NCBI GenBank assembly: GCA_021772655.1
Contig: JAJFLM010000335.1
Span: forward strand, 34,941 to 98,940
Source: Deltaproteobacteria bacterium
GTDB taxonomy: Bacteria > UBA10199 > 2-02-FULL-50-16 > JAJFLM01
Direction: 5' to 3'
DNA: 64,000 nt
The position numbers and the translations under genes are program-made. The notes under the pieces are model-generated. The model saw only the letters and a list, made by a program, of their open reading frames with translations, made no database searches and was not told where the DNA came from. Positions within the stretch are counted from its first letter, which is position 1; each line of letters opens with the position of its first letter. Positions 18,936-26,638 of the stretch are shown here, piece by piece.

Positions 18936-19550
18936 TTAAGCCACCCAAATAGTAGTAATAAGACCTATAAAAAGAAGAATAACAGTAAAAACCCAAACAT
19001 TTCCACATGCTCTATTTTCTTTATTATTTGATCCATATCCTAAAAAGAAAGCAGGCTTAGTTCTAATGGGCTTTTTAACAACATAAGTTTCATTTTTAAA
19101 CCAATACTTTTTAATCACCTCTTCATATTCTTCAATAGGAATAACTATTTTGTAAAATAGAATCAGCCAAATTGGAAACATCGTCCAAAAGAATCCTATC
19201 CCTAAAATAATATTTAGAACTTTATCTCCCATAATATGATATGCTATCATACTAACAGTGACAATTCCTACTGGAGTATAAATCAATTCATTAGCAGTGG
19301 TTCCAAGATCTTTAGCAAGCTTAATAAGTCCTTCTCCAATAGAATTAATAAGCTTTAGATAAGGTTCCACTTCTTCTTTCGATATATTAACATCCTGACC
19401 ATTCTTATTTTTTGTAGCAATAAGAGAAACTATTTCAGCTTTATCTGTATCTGAGAGATTTTCAAAATCATATCCGATAGAATGTCTATCTAAAGCTGCC
19501 ATACTAGGAGAAGCGAACGCCAAAATAATCAATATTATAAAATTTCTCAT
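18936..19550 (-). CDS. membrane protein with signal peptide
   Basis: MRNFIILIILAFASPSMAA signal-like N-terminus plus several C-terminal TM segments. Confidence 0.6.
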   Translation of the reverse strand: MRNFIILIILAFASPSMAALDRHSIGYDFENLSDTDKAEIVSLIATKNKNGQDVNISKEEVEPYLKLINSIGEGLIKLAKDLGTTANELIYTPVGIVTVSMIAYHIMGDKVLNIILGIGFFWTMFPIWLILFYKIVIPIEEYEEVIKKYWFKNETYVVKKPIRTKPAFFLGYGSNNKENRACGNVWVFTVILLFIGLITTIWVA

Positions 19551-19778
19551 TTAATTTTCCTCTTTATACTCTACAGGAAAGGATACAGAATAACCACAAC
19601 GATCACAACCTAGCCACCTTACTGTAGATTTAGCATCTATAATTCTATACCAAGACCAATCATGATTGATAAAAAAACAAACTATCTCAAGAATCCAAAT
19701 ACCTGTTTTACTTTTTACTTCTCTATTCTGTGAGATTAAATCCACCAAGCTTCTCCTCAATTTTGATAGCAGCAGCAT
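19551..19778 (-). CDS. hypothetical protein
   Basis: 75-aa ORF; its start region overlaps the upstream gene's 3' end. Confidence 0.45.
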   Translation of the reverse strand: MLLLSKLRRSLVDLISQNREVKSKTGIWILEIVCFFINHDWSWYRIIDAKSTVRWLGCDRCGYSVSFPVEYKEEN

Positions 19779-20763
19779 AAGATCTAGCTTTCTTTTCTGC
19801 TACATTACCTGCCAGCATGGATTCTACCCTTGCACTATTAGCATCCAAAGTTTTACGCTTTCGAGTAATGGTATGATGATCATAGAATTCAGTAGCAGCA
19901 AAATAAAGACCAAGCAATGTACCATTAGTACTAGGAAGCTTGCAGCTAGGGCTAGTTCTATACACAGTCTCGATCTTTCCTCTAAGCTCTTCTATCTTAG
20001 TTTGACCTTTATCTGTCTTAGCATCTGGTGCAAGCATCTCAAGGTAAGTTTTAACTACAGAGGGAGTAGCAACTACTTTTCCCATCAACTGGAAACTATT
20101 ACCAAACTCCTCCCAATAAGTCTTAACCTTCGTTAGACTGTTACGAGCCCTTGCTACTCTATCAATAACATGCTTGGTGTGCTTAATCTTAATATTATTA
20201 TTAAGAGCACCTGGGGCAATAAGAACTGTCTTACTATGTTCCCTCAAAGCAGCAGGGATTACGTTAAGAGCAGACGTTCCATCATGAGAGGTAGTAATAT
20301 AAAAATAACAAGATACGCGATCCTCTTCAGAAAGATCTACATAATCTGCTGTTTTCATAACTACCCAAGCCCGCTCACCTTCTCCAGTATATCCACCGGA
20401 AACATAGCCAGCTTCACCTTCTTTAACAAGCAGCTCGGTAAACTCAAGCATATCAATATACTGAACAAGCCCGTAATTCTTCTTCATTACTCCTACTTGT
20501 TCATCATTATCCATTCTAACAATAGATACGTGAGAGGGACTCACTCTCTCAAGCGGTACCTTATGAGCATGATCACACTTCTCACAAGTAAACTCTTCCT
20601 TACGCAAAACAGAAGAATATTTGAGAGGTTGCTTGGTTACAATGAAATCCAATCCAGTTTGAACAGCCATATCCTTAGCGTTATCCGCAGCAATAGGCTT
20701 AAACATATCAAAAGCACTTTTACTTCGGCGGGGACCAATCCCCAACTTTCCACCTTTAATCAT
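19723..20763 (-). CDS. DUF932-like phage/plasmid protein
   Basis: 346 aa. N-terminal NAKDMAVQTGLDFIVTKQPL resembles the conserved start of the DUF932 (TIGR03299-type) family, recalled from memory. Confidence 0.55.
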   Translation of the reverse strand: MIKGGKLGIGPRRSKSAFDMFKPIAADNAKDMAVQTGLDFIVTKQPLKYSSVLRKEEFTCEKCDHAHKVPLERVSPSHVSIVRMDNDEQVGVMKKNYGLVQYIDMLEFTELLVKEGEAGYVSGGYTGEGERAWVVMKTADYVDLSEEDRVSCYFYITTSHDGTSALNVIPAALREHSKTVLIAPGALNNNIKIKHTKHVIDRVARARNSLTKVKTYWEEFGNSFQLMGKVVATPSVVKTYLEMLAPDAKTDKGQTKIEELRGKIETVYRTSPSCKLPSTNGTLLGLYFAATEFYDHHTITRKRKTLDANSARVESMLAGNVAEKKARSYAAAIKIEEKLGGFNLTE

Positions 20764-21173
20764 TATTTCTCTCCTTTAGCGAGATCGGAAACAAAAACTT
20801 CAAATGTTTCCTCTTCGGGATGATAGATATAACTACCAGTCCGCTCATTACAATTATTATAAATACTTTCTCTTTCCATCAATACAGATACTGTAATTTG
20901 TTTTATTTTAGTACCATAAGCTTTCCCCCGGATAACTAGTTCCGTTCCTATCTCAAGTTCATCTAATCGAGTAGCTTCTTTAGGATAATAATACCAAAGA
21001 CTACCTATTTTCAGATTCTTCGGTCTCTTCGGTCTCTGCATTAATTTCGGATTGCTCATCTTCGTATTCTTTAATACCTTCTCGAACGCTTCTTTTATCG
21101 CCGATTGGATCAGGTTTCTTAGATCCAGAGTGAAATTTCCCCGGCGGCGGTGTAGGTAATCTTTCTTTACCAA
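20763..21173 (-). CDS. hypothetical protein (start uncertain)
   Basis: 136-aa ORF from a TTG. In-frame ATGs at 21059 and 21041 are alternatives. It competes with ORF 21001-21195 in another frame. Confidence 0.45.
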   Translation of the reverse strand: MVKKDYLHRRRGNFTLDLRNLIQSAIKEAFEKVLKNTKMSNPKLMQRPKRPKNLKIGSLWYYYPKEATRLDELEIGTELVIRGKAYGTKIKQITVSVLMERESIYNNCNERTGSYIYHPEEETFEVFVSDLAKGEK

Positions 21174-21196
21174 AATATTTATTTGATTTAGACATA

Positions 21197-21250
21197 AACG
21201 AAAAGGCCCCCTACCTGTGGCATCCTTTAAGGGTTTCCAGGTAGGGGACC
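21197..21250 (-). terminator. intrinsic terminator-like hairpin
   Basis: 13-bp stem GGTCCCCTACCTG/CAGGTAGGGGGCC with one mismatch, followed on the minus strand by CTTTTCGTTT. Sits directly after the stop of gene 21266-22012. Confidence 0.55.
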
Positions 21251-21265
21251 TCCAAGCCTTACACC

Positions 21266-22012
21266 TTAAGAGGTGTATTCCTTGTTAACGAAAGCCGCTA
21301 CGTGAGTACCGAACATTTCCGTAGAGGCAAGCAGCGAAGCATTACCGTACCAACGCTGTGTCTTACCATTCCAACGAAACTGCCCACCCTTAAGGATAGC
21401 ACGAGTCTCTTCCGAAGGCTTCTGATTGAACTTAATCTCACAGAAACCCTTCTTACCAACACTCGAATCCAGAACCTCAAAATTGAGATCCTTATCCGAT
21501 CCAGGGTTAGCAACTCTAGCTTCCTTAGCCGGTGCTTCACTTCCCAGAAGCTGAGTCAGGACACTCTTAAACTCCGGGTTAGAAAGCATAGCCTCGGCAG
21601 CGGCGAGAAAATCCGGCTCGGCAGCAGGAGTAGAAGGCTTAACCTCACGATCTTCGCTCTCATCCTGCAAACTCGAACCAATCAGCTTACCACCGCGAGC
21701 AACCGTAGGCTCCGCAGCAATAGGCTCTTCCTCACAAATCTCCTCATCATACTCAGTATCAACCATCTCGTCATTCTCCTCGTTTTGGGTTTCCCCATGA
21801 TTATAAATAGTAGAACTTCCACTATCCTCATCAAACTCTTCTTCTACTGTTCGTAGTGCCATTTCCATGACCGCCGGCAAAACAGTACCACAAATAGAAC
21901 ACACTTCCTTACCATGGACTACAGTAAGCTCGCTGCCCTCACAACTATCATGGGATACTTCCCCAGTGACGGTATCCAGAGTCCAGCCTGCCATGTTAAG
22001 AGTATCGCTCAT
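21266..22012 (-). CDS. acidic protein with an N-terminal zinc ribbon and a C-terminal DUF5710-like module
   Basis: CEGS..CSICG near the N-terminus and an acidic middle. The C-terminus FCEIKFNQKPSEETRAILKGGQFRWNGKTQRWYG resembles the VPF..KD.AK.LGARWD...K.W module, recalled from memory. Confidence 0.6.
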   Translation of the reverse strand: MSDTLNMAGWTLDTVTGEVSHDSCEGSELTVVHGKEVCSICGTVLPAVMEMALRTVEEEFDEDSGSSTIYNHGETQNEENDEMVDTEYDEEICEEEPIAAEPTVARGGKLIGSSLQDESEDREVKPSTPAAEPDFLAAAEAMLSNPEFKSVLTQLLGSEAPAKEARVANPGSDKDLNFEVLDSSVGKKGFCEIKFNQKPSEETRAILKGGQFRWNGKTQRWYGNASLLASTEMFGTHVAAFVNKEYTS

Positions 22013-22070
22013 TTGTTTCTTCCTTTCTCTTTTCTGTCATTTGACTGCGGCGCTTTGCCGCGAGTCGTCT

Positions 22071-22099
22071 AAGGTACCACACCGGATTCGGGTTGTCAA
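22071..22099 (-). promoter_or_regulatory. sigma-70-like promoter (GGGGTTGACA-N17-TACCTT)
   Basis: The minus strand reads GGGGTTGACA acccgaatccggtgtgg TACCTT, about 55 nt upstream of the ATG at 22012. Confidence 0.45.
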
Positions 22100-22126
22100 C
22101 CCCACCGGTATAGTTCTACTGAACTA

Positions 22127-22618
22127 TTATATAGTATAACTATGTTTAGCTATACCTTTTCTGTTTTTTCCAAGGGATACCCTTTCCAAATCTCTAAGAT
22201 CAAAATTATCTACGAGAATAGGGTATTCATTTGGACTGAAAAACGTAGTTGTTTTTCTTTCTTCAATAGCTTTTCCTGTTGTGAAGTGTCTCCTAAGCAT
22301 AATTTGATTAATTTCTTGGGTTCTCATATTTTTATACAGTTCGATTAGCTCCTCAATATATTTCAATGCCGTTTTAAAATTGTTTTCTCCATTGCCATCA
22401 AAGGTTTTTACAAATCCTTTTGCGATTTTATAATCTTGACCTTTCCCGGTTCTTCCTTTTCTAGTTGTTGAACTAATACTATAAGGAGCGACTAGATGAT
22501 GATAATAATGCCAGATCTCTTCATCTTCCTCCAATTTATCCGGGAGAAGTTCGATTACTTTCTTATTCTTACGGTAAATCATATACATACACCTCCGAAT
22601 TTTGGACATTATCTTCAA
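22127..22618 (-). CDS. hypothetical protein
   Basis: 163-aa ORF. An internal Met start near 22582 would reduce the overlap with the macro gene. Confidence 0.55.
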   Translation of the reverse strand: MKIMSKIRRCMYMIYRKNKKVIELLPDKLEEDEEIWHYYHHLVAPYSISSTTRKGRTGKGQDYKIAKGFVKTFDGNGENNFKTALKYIEELIELYKNMRTQEINQIMLRRHFTTGKAIEERKTTTFFSPNEYPILVDNFDLRDLERVSLGKNRKGIAKHSYTI

Positions 22619-23069
22619 TAATCTTCTCTACTTCACCCCATTCTCCACCAGCAAGACCACATCCAATACGAGGCATATGAATACTAACTAAAGTATACAT
22701 ACCCATAGGTTCTGAGAAGGCTTCTCTTAAATTATAAGCAGCATTATCAAGACTTGCCAAACACACTTGCAAAGCTTCATATCTAATAGGAGGCAGTCCG
22801 TCTGTAGTTTGTCCTTTAACTTTATGCTGAGCTACCATATTACAAATCCAAATATCAGGAAAATATTTACCCATAACAACAGGGATCAATTGAATATCTT
22901 CCAATTGAAGCTCGTGTTTCTTATATATTTCTTTGGCAAGAGGGTATTTATTTCCCAAAGGAACTACAAAACCAGATCCCCATCTTCCAATATCGTTACA
23001 AATATGAGCAATAATCTTAACTCCTTCACCAGTAGGTTCAGTAGCATCTCCAGTAACATAATTAATCAT
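22569..23069 (-). CDS. macro domain protein (ADP-ribose binding/hydrolase fold)
   Basis: MINYVTGDATEP...IIAHICNDIGRWGSGFV...RIGCGLAGGEW matches the Macro/Appr-1-p processing signature. Confidence 0.8.
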   Translation of the reverse strand: MINYVTGDATEPTGEGVKIIAHICNDIGRWGSGFVVPLGNKYPLAKEIYKKHELQLEDIQLIPVVMGKYFPDIWICNMVAQHKVKGQTTDGLPPIRYEALQVCLASLDNAAYNLREAFSEPMGMYTLVSIHMPRIGCGLAGGEWGEVEKIIEDNVQNSEVYVYDLP

Positions 23070-23215
23070 TTCTTTTTCCTTTTAGGAGCAGGGAGTTTAT
23101 GACTAGGAACATCTGTACAAGTATCTGTTTTCTTACATATTTCACAGGGACCATACGATCCAGACAATCCCCAAGGCCACCCATTTTTATCAGCACATTT
23201 TCTACAATAAAACAT
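23066..23215 (-). CDS. 49-aa zinc-ribbon mini-protein
   Basis: Hand translation MFYCRKCADKNGWPWGLSGSYGPCEICKKTDTCTDVPSHKLPAPKRKKK. ATGA overlap with the macro gene start and TAATG overlap with the HNH gene stop. Confidence 0.5.
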   Translation of the reverse strand: MFYCRKCADKNGWPWGLSGSYGPCEICKKTDTCTDVPSHKLPAPKRKKK

Positions 23216-23511
23216 TATACTTTTCCTTCTTTAATCAATCGACTTCTAATTCCTAAACCTTTATAGCGTCTACCTATTTTACGTTTAGGGTGGTTTTTCA
23301 TATCTATTTGATCTAGTTTGCCTTTCTTATTATTACAAGACTCACAAGAGAGTCTTAAATTAGAAAACTTATGTCTTCCACCTATTCCTCTAGGCTTAAT
23401 ATGTTCTATTGTAATATTCTCACGGTTTAAATCACAAAAACAAAAACAGCATATACCTTGGCTATTCTCCCATAATTTTAAAGCCTTAGTTTTAGTCATA
23501 ATAGCCATCAT
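23215..23511 (-). CDS. HNH endonuclease
   Basis: CCFCFC...EHIKPRGIGGRHKFSNLRLSCESCNNKKG is a canonical HNH core. Confidence 0.8.
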   Translation of the reverse strand: MMAIMTKTKALKLWENSQGICCFCFCDLNRENITIEHIKPRGIGGRHKFSNLRLSCESCNNKKGKLDQIDMKNHPKRKIGRRYKGLGIRSRLIKEGKV

Positions 23512-23520
23512 ATCAGCTCC

Positions 23521-23551
23521 ATAAAAAAAGGAGGCAGACTTAGACCCCTCC
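23521..23551 (-). terminator. rho-independent terminator
   Basis: The minus strand reads GGAGG ggtctaagtctg CCTCC TTTTTTTAT, downstream of the flotillin-like gene. A second hairpin CCTCAG/CTGAGG lies at 23575-23591. Confidence 0.65.
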
Positions 23552-23597
23552 GCAGCTCTAAGTCCACCTCCTTACCTCAGACGGTCTGAGGTTTTAT

Positions 23598-24971
23598 TTA
23601 CGCGGCACCATTAGTGCGGTTCTCCTTATCTGAATGGATACCAAGATTCTCAAGAACCTTAGCACCTTGCGGAGTCTGAGCGAAACCCTCCACCGCAGCA
23701 CCGATAGCAGTACCACCCTTAGAACTAAACAGATCCATAGCATTATTCACACCGTTAGTAACACTACCGGTATTAGCAATAACCTTGATCTGCGCTTCCT
23801 GAAGAGCCTTAGCTTGCTCAATACCAACTGCCTGATCCTTTTCGATACTTCGAATAGAAGTCAGATAAGTCTGGTACCCTTCATTATCACCAATCTCAGT
23901 AGCGAGGGCAATCTGTGGATCAACAAGTGCCATCTCAGCAAGCCGCCTAGATTCTGCTTGAGACTGACCAATTGCCAGGATACCTTCAGCTTGCTTCTGT
24001 TGCTCAGCAAGAGAACCTTCAGCAAGAGTAACAGTTTCCTGCTTCTTACCTTCGGCTTCAATTACCTGAGTTTCTCTAAGCTGCTCGGCTGCTACCACCC
24101 TGACAGACTTATTGATTTCAGCTTGCTGTACCTCAGCAACTCGCTTAATTTCCATGTCGCGGGCCATGGTGGTCCTAGCTTCAAGCTTAATTTCCTGTTG
24201 AGCTTGCTCAGTAGCAATACCAACAGCCTTGTCCTTATCAGCAGTTCGTCTACCAATAAGCTCAAGTGCTTCCTGTTCTCTAACCTGAACTTCCTGCTCA
24301 GCAGCAATCTCAGCAATCCTAGCAGCCTGCTTATTAGTAGCAACCTCAGTACGAGATTCCTTATCAATCAGGGATTCTTTCTTAGCTTGAATATCAGAAA
24401 CAACCTTAGAACCATTACCGTCTCTAATATCCATCAGCTCGATATTTTTTACATTAGTAACACCCCAAGCTGAAAGCTGATCCGCAGTCTCTTGAGTGAA
24501 AAGATCACCGTAAGTACTACGATCCATCATGATGTCTTCAATCTCATGCTTCGCCAGAATGGTACGGGCAGCACCTTGGAGAATCGAATGAAGCTGCTCA
24601 TTAAGTTCTCTAAGAGAAGTAATGCGCTGAGCTGCAAGAGAAGGGTCATCAATTCGGAAGAACGATACTACATCTACAACGAAAGGCACCTTACCTACGT
24701 CGTAAGCCTCGTAACCGTTAAGTTCGAGGGAAAATACAGACAAAGGAAGAACCTTAACCTGTACACCAATCACAGGTACCCATGAAGGCCAAGAATAATA
24801 ACTATTATTAATCTCGGTATCATTATCAAGACCATAAATAGTCTTGCCTGAATTACTCTGTACAATATGCACCTCGTTCGGCTCTACAACCGTTCTATAT
24901 GCAATTGCCAGAAGAACAAATACTGCTAGTGAAATACCAGCAACAATTCCAAAAATTCCAATACCAACCAT
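23598..24971 (-). CDS. SPFH/Band-7 (flotillin/YqiK-like) membrane protein
   Basis: N-terminal TM segment, an SPFH-like domain, then long Ala/Glu/Gln-rich coiled-coil repeats typical of flotillin-like proteins. Confidence 0.8.
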   Translation of the reverse strand: MVGIGIFGIVAGISLAVFVLLAIAYRTVVEPNEVHIVQSNSGKTIYGLDNDTEINNSYYSWPSWVPVIGVQVKVLPLSVFSLELNGYEAYDVGKVPFVVDVVSFFRIDDPSLAAQRITSLRELNEQLHSILQGAARTILAKHEIEDIMMDRSTYGDLFTQETADQLSAWGVTNVKNIELMDIRDGNGSKVVSDIQAKKESLIDKESRTEVATNKQAARIAEIAAEQEVQVREQEALELIGRRTADKDKAVGIATEQAQQEIKLEARTTMARDMEIKRVAEVQQAEINKSVRVVAAEQLRETQVIEAEGKKQETVTLAEGSLAEQQKQAEGILAIGQSQAESRRLAEMALVDPQIALATEIGDNEGYQTYLTSIRSIEKDQAVGIEQAKALQEAQIKVIANTGSVTNGVNNAMDLFSSKGGTAIGAAVEGFAQTPQGAKVLENLGIHSDKENRTNGAA

Positions 24972-25023
24972 ATTCTTTCCTTTAGTTATCCACTACTTTA
25001 GCGTAGTAGAATCGTTTAATCCG

Positions 25024-25082
25024 ATTTTGTTTCCCTTTATATGGGGTAAAAGCGGTCGACTTTCCTTTTTAAGTGCCTGATA
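25024..25082 (-). promoter_or_regulatory. copy 2 of the conserved ~59-nt upstream motif
   Basis: The minus strand reads TATCAGGCACTTAAAAAGGAAAGTCGACCGCTTTTACCCCATATAAAGGGAAACAAAAT, upstream of the flotillin-like gene. Confidence 0.55.
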
Positions 25083-25121
25083 TTACACAGGAAAGCGATC
25101 ACCAGACATTATTCACCTTCA

Positions 25122-25466
25122 TTACTGTACCTCAAAGAAAGGATCTTCAAGCCATAGTCTAGTATACTCAAACTCTTCTTCGGTGGCGAAGATAAACGCT
25201 TTAAATACTATTCTACCTTGTCTCTTCTCTGTAGGAATAGCAACAATTAATTCGTCCTTAGCCATACTAATTAAATCTTCTCTAACCTCCTCTTCAGTAT
25301 GATTAGGGAACAGTTCACTTAATTCTTTAATACTCAGCTCATTACTGGTCAACTTCGGCTCCGTATGGGCGCAAAATATATACAAATCTATTCTTCTCAC
25401 GAGCATATCGTACTGTATACCATGTTCCTCCTCGTTGCTGTTCTTCATTCTCAAGAGGACAAGCAA
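25122..25466 (-). CDS. hypothetical protein (start uncertain)
   Basis: The ORF overlaps the SLOG gene by 125 nt. A TTG at 25352 would give an ~76-aa product with only an 11-nt overlap. Confidence 0.4.
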   Translation of the reverse strand: MLVLLRMKNSNEEEHGIQYDMLVRRIDLYIFCAHTEPKLTSNELSIKELSELFPNHTEEEVREDLISMAKDELIVAIPTEKRQGRIVFKAFIFATEEEFEYTRLWLEDPFFEVQ

Positions 25467-25776
25467 TCAATATATCAGTATTGTTAACAATATTCTCATT
25501 GCGAACTAAATATCCATCCGCCTCATAAATTACATCTGCTCCCTTACAGAAAGCTCTATTCTCTTCCTTATTGGGAGGGTGAATATGAATCTTAATATCT
25601 CTTCCTTCTTCCTGTAGAAGAATTAGAATTTGGTGAAATTGTGCGTCGGCTCCAACACAATCTCCATGATGCGCTTCAATGGTTTCTTCTAAAGATAGAT
25701 GTCTAACAAATTTAATTAAGGAATCATGCTGATGGGAGTTGATACCTTTCCTCGTCCCAGTAAATCCAATTTTCAT
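25342..25776 (-). CDS. SLOG-superfamily protein (DUF2493/YpsA-like)
   Basis: MKIGFTGTRKG...HHGDCVGADAQ matches the GxTGTR / HGD.xGAD signature of DUF2493-type SLOG domains, recalled from memory. Confidence 0.6.
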   Translation of the reverse strand: MKIGFTGTRKGINSHQHDSLIKFVRHLSLEETIEAHHGDCVGADAQFHQILILLQEEGRDIKIHIHPPNKEENRAFCKGADVIYEADGYLVRNENIVNNTDILIACPLENEEQQRGGTWYTVRYAREKNRFVYILRPYGAEVDQ

Positions 25777-25789
25777 TTTAAACCTTTAT

Positions 25790-26036
25790 AAAAAAATACA
25801 GGGAGCCCGGTCTGCCTAATATAATTAGGTGTTACTTACGTCCAGACTCCCTGTTTGCACCGGGATATTAGATGCCTAACATATAGTCAGGTGTTGCTTA
25901 TAAACTAATGAATCCCTTCTTCACCTTTTGGTAATTGAATAAAACCCCTTTATCAATTACCCTATAAACCACCGAACAGCTTTCTCCAATAAACAGTTAT
26001 AACCTATTTGTTTTATGTCCGGGTCTTTCCCGAGCA
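25790..26036 (-). ncRNA. candidate ~245-nt structured leader or sRNA between a promoter and a terminator-like hairpin
   Basis: No ORF. Hairpins CGGG-aaaga-CCCG and GGTAATTGA/TCAATTACC. Two repeated hairpin modules TAAG(C/T)AACACCT..AGGCA lie 60 nt apart. A closing stem ACAGGGAG/CTCCCTGT is followed by ATTTTTTT, ~15 nt before the SLOG ATG. Confidence 0.4.
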
Positions 26037-26042
26037 CCGCAT

Positions 26043-26070
26043 ACCGTAGCGCACCGATTAAGCGTGTCAA
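26043..26070 (-). promoter_or_regulatory. sigma-70-like promoter (GGGGTTGACA-N16-TACGGT)
   Basis: The minus strand reads GGGGTTGACA cgcttaatcggtgcgc TACGGT. Same GGGGTTGACA -35 context as at 22094. Confidence 0.4.
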
Positions 26071-26091
26071 CCCCATGCACTACGTAGCTAC

Positions 26092-26301
26092 TTATTTAAA
26101 TACAAAGAATCCTTCTTTTTCTAGATCATTTAAAGCTTGTTGTATCACTATAGCTTCTTCACAATCCCAAGCTCCTGTTCTAACTATAGATATAGCAGCT
26201 TCTCGTACTCTCGCCGGTCTACTAATTGTATCTCTTACTATTGGATTATTAAAAGAAGGAACAAAGGTTTCTATTGCAGCGTCTAGAGACTTTTTTGTCA
26301 T
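26092..26301 (-). CDS. hypothetical protein
   Basis: 69-aa ORF, co-directional. Confidence 0.5.
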   Translation of the reverse strand: MTKKSLDAAIETFVPSFNNPIVRDTISRPARVREAAISIVRTGAWDCEEAIVIQQALNDLEKEGFFVFK

Positions 26302-26443
26302 TATTAATACTCACGGAAGTTTAGTTGTAATATTAAGGAGAATAGTATTCATTTCAGTTAAAATATTAATTATCTTATTAAGAGAGAAAGTTATAGCCAA
26401 TAGACCTAAACATATTGAAAAAGCTATTGAATAATAATCAAAT

Positions 26444-26638
26444 CTACTCATTCTTTACATTCCTCATACTATACGCAAGCCCCATACCACGAGTCCACTT
26501 ACTAAACTGTCGTCTAGTAGGCGGGATGCTAGCAGCATCACAGGCTTCCTTGAACTTACCACTAGGATTGATTGCCATCTTAATACCATTCATCTGATTG
26601 ATATTACCTCTACGATTACGATACTTACGCTTTGCCAT
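26444..26638 (-). CDS. hypothetical basic protein
   Basis: 64-aa ORF abutting the phosphoesterase gene's stop. Confidence 0.5.
   Translation of the reverse strand: MAKRKYRNRRGNINQMNGIKMAINPSGKFKEACDAASIPPTRRQFSKWTRGMGLAYSMRNVKNE

Noticed and set aside
21001-21195. 64-aa acidic ORF competing with 20763-21173.
   Set aside because: It starts 8 nt after a terminator with no SD and overlaps the longer frame. It cannot be excluded but is less supported, and the true start of the longer ORF may lie downstream of it.
23634-24473. 279-aa plus-strand ORF, and other antisense ORFs such as 5271-5573, 5420-5638, 14550-14927, 20170-20823, 21302-21856 and 41265-42131.
   Set aside because: They lie antisense to genes with clear family signatures. 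Their products are low-complexity Leu/Ser/Ile/Phe-rich, as expected for the reverse complement of coding DNA in an AT-rich genome, and they lack SD sequences.
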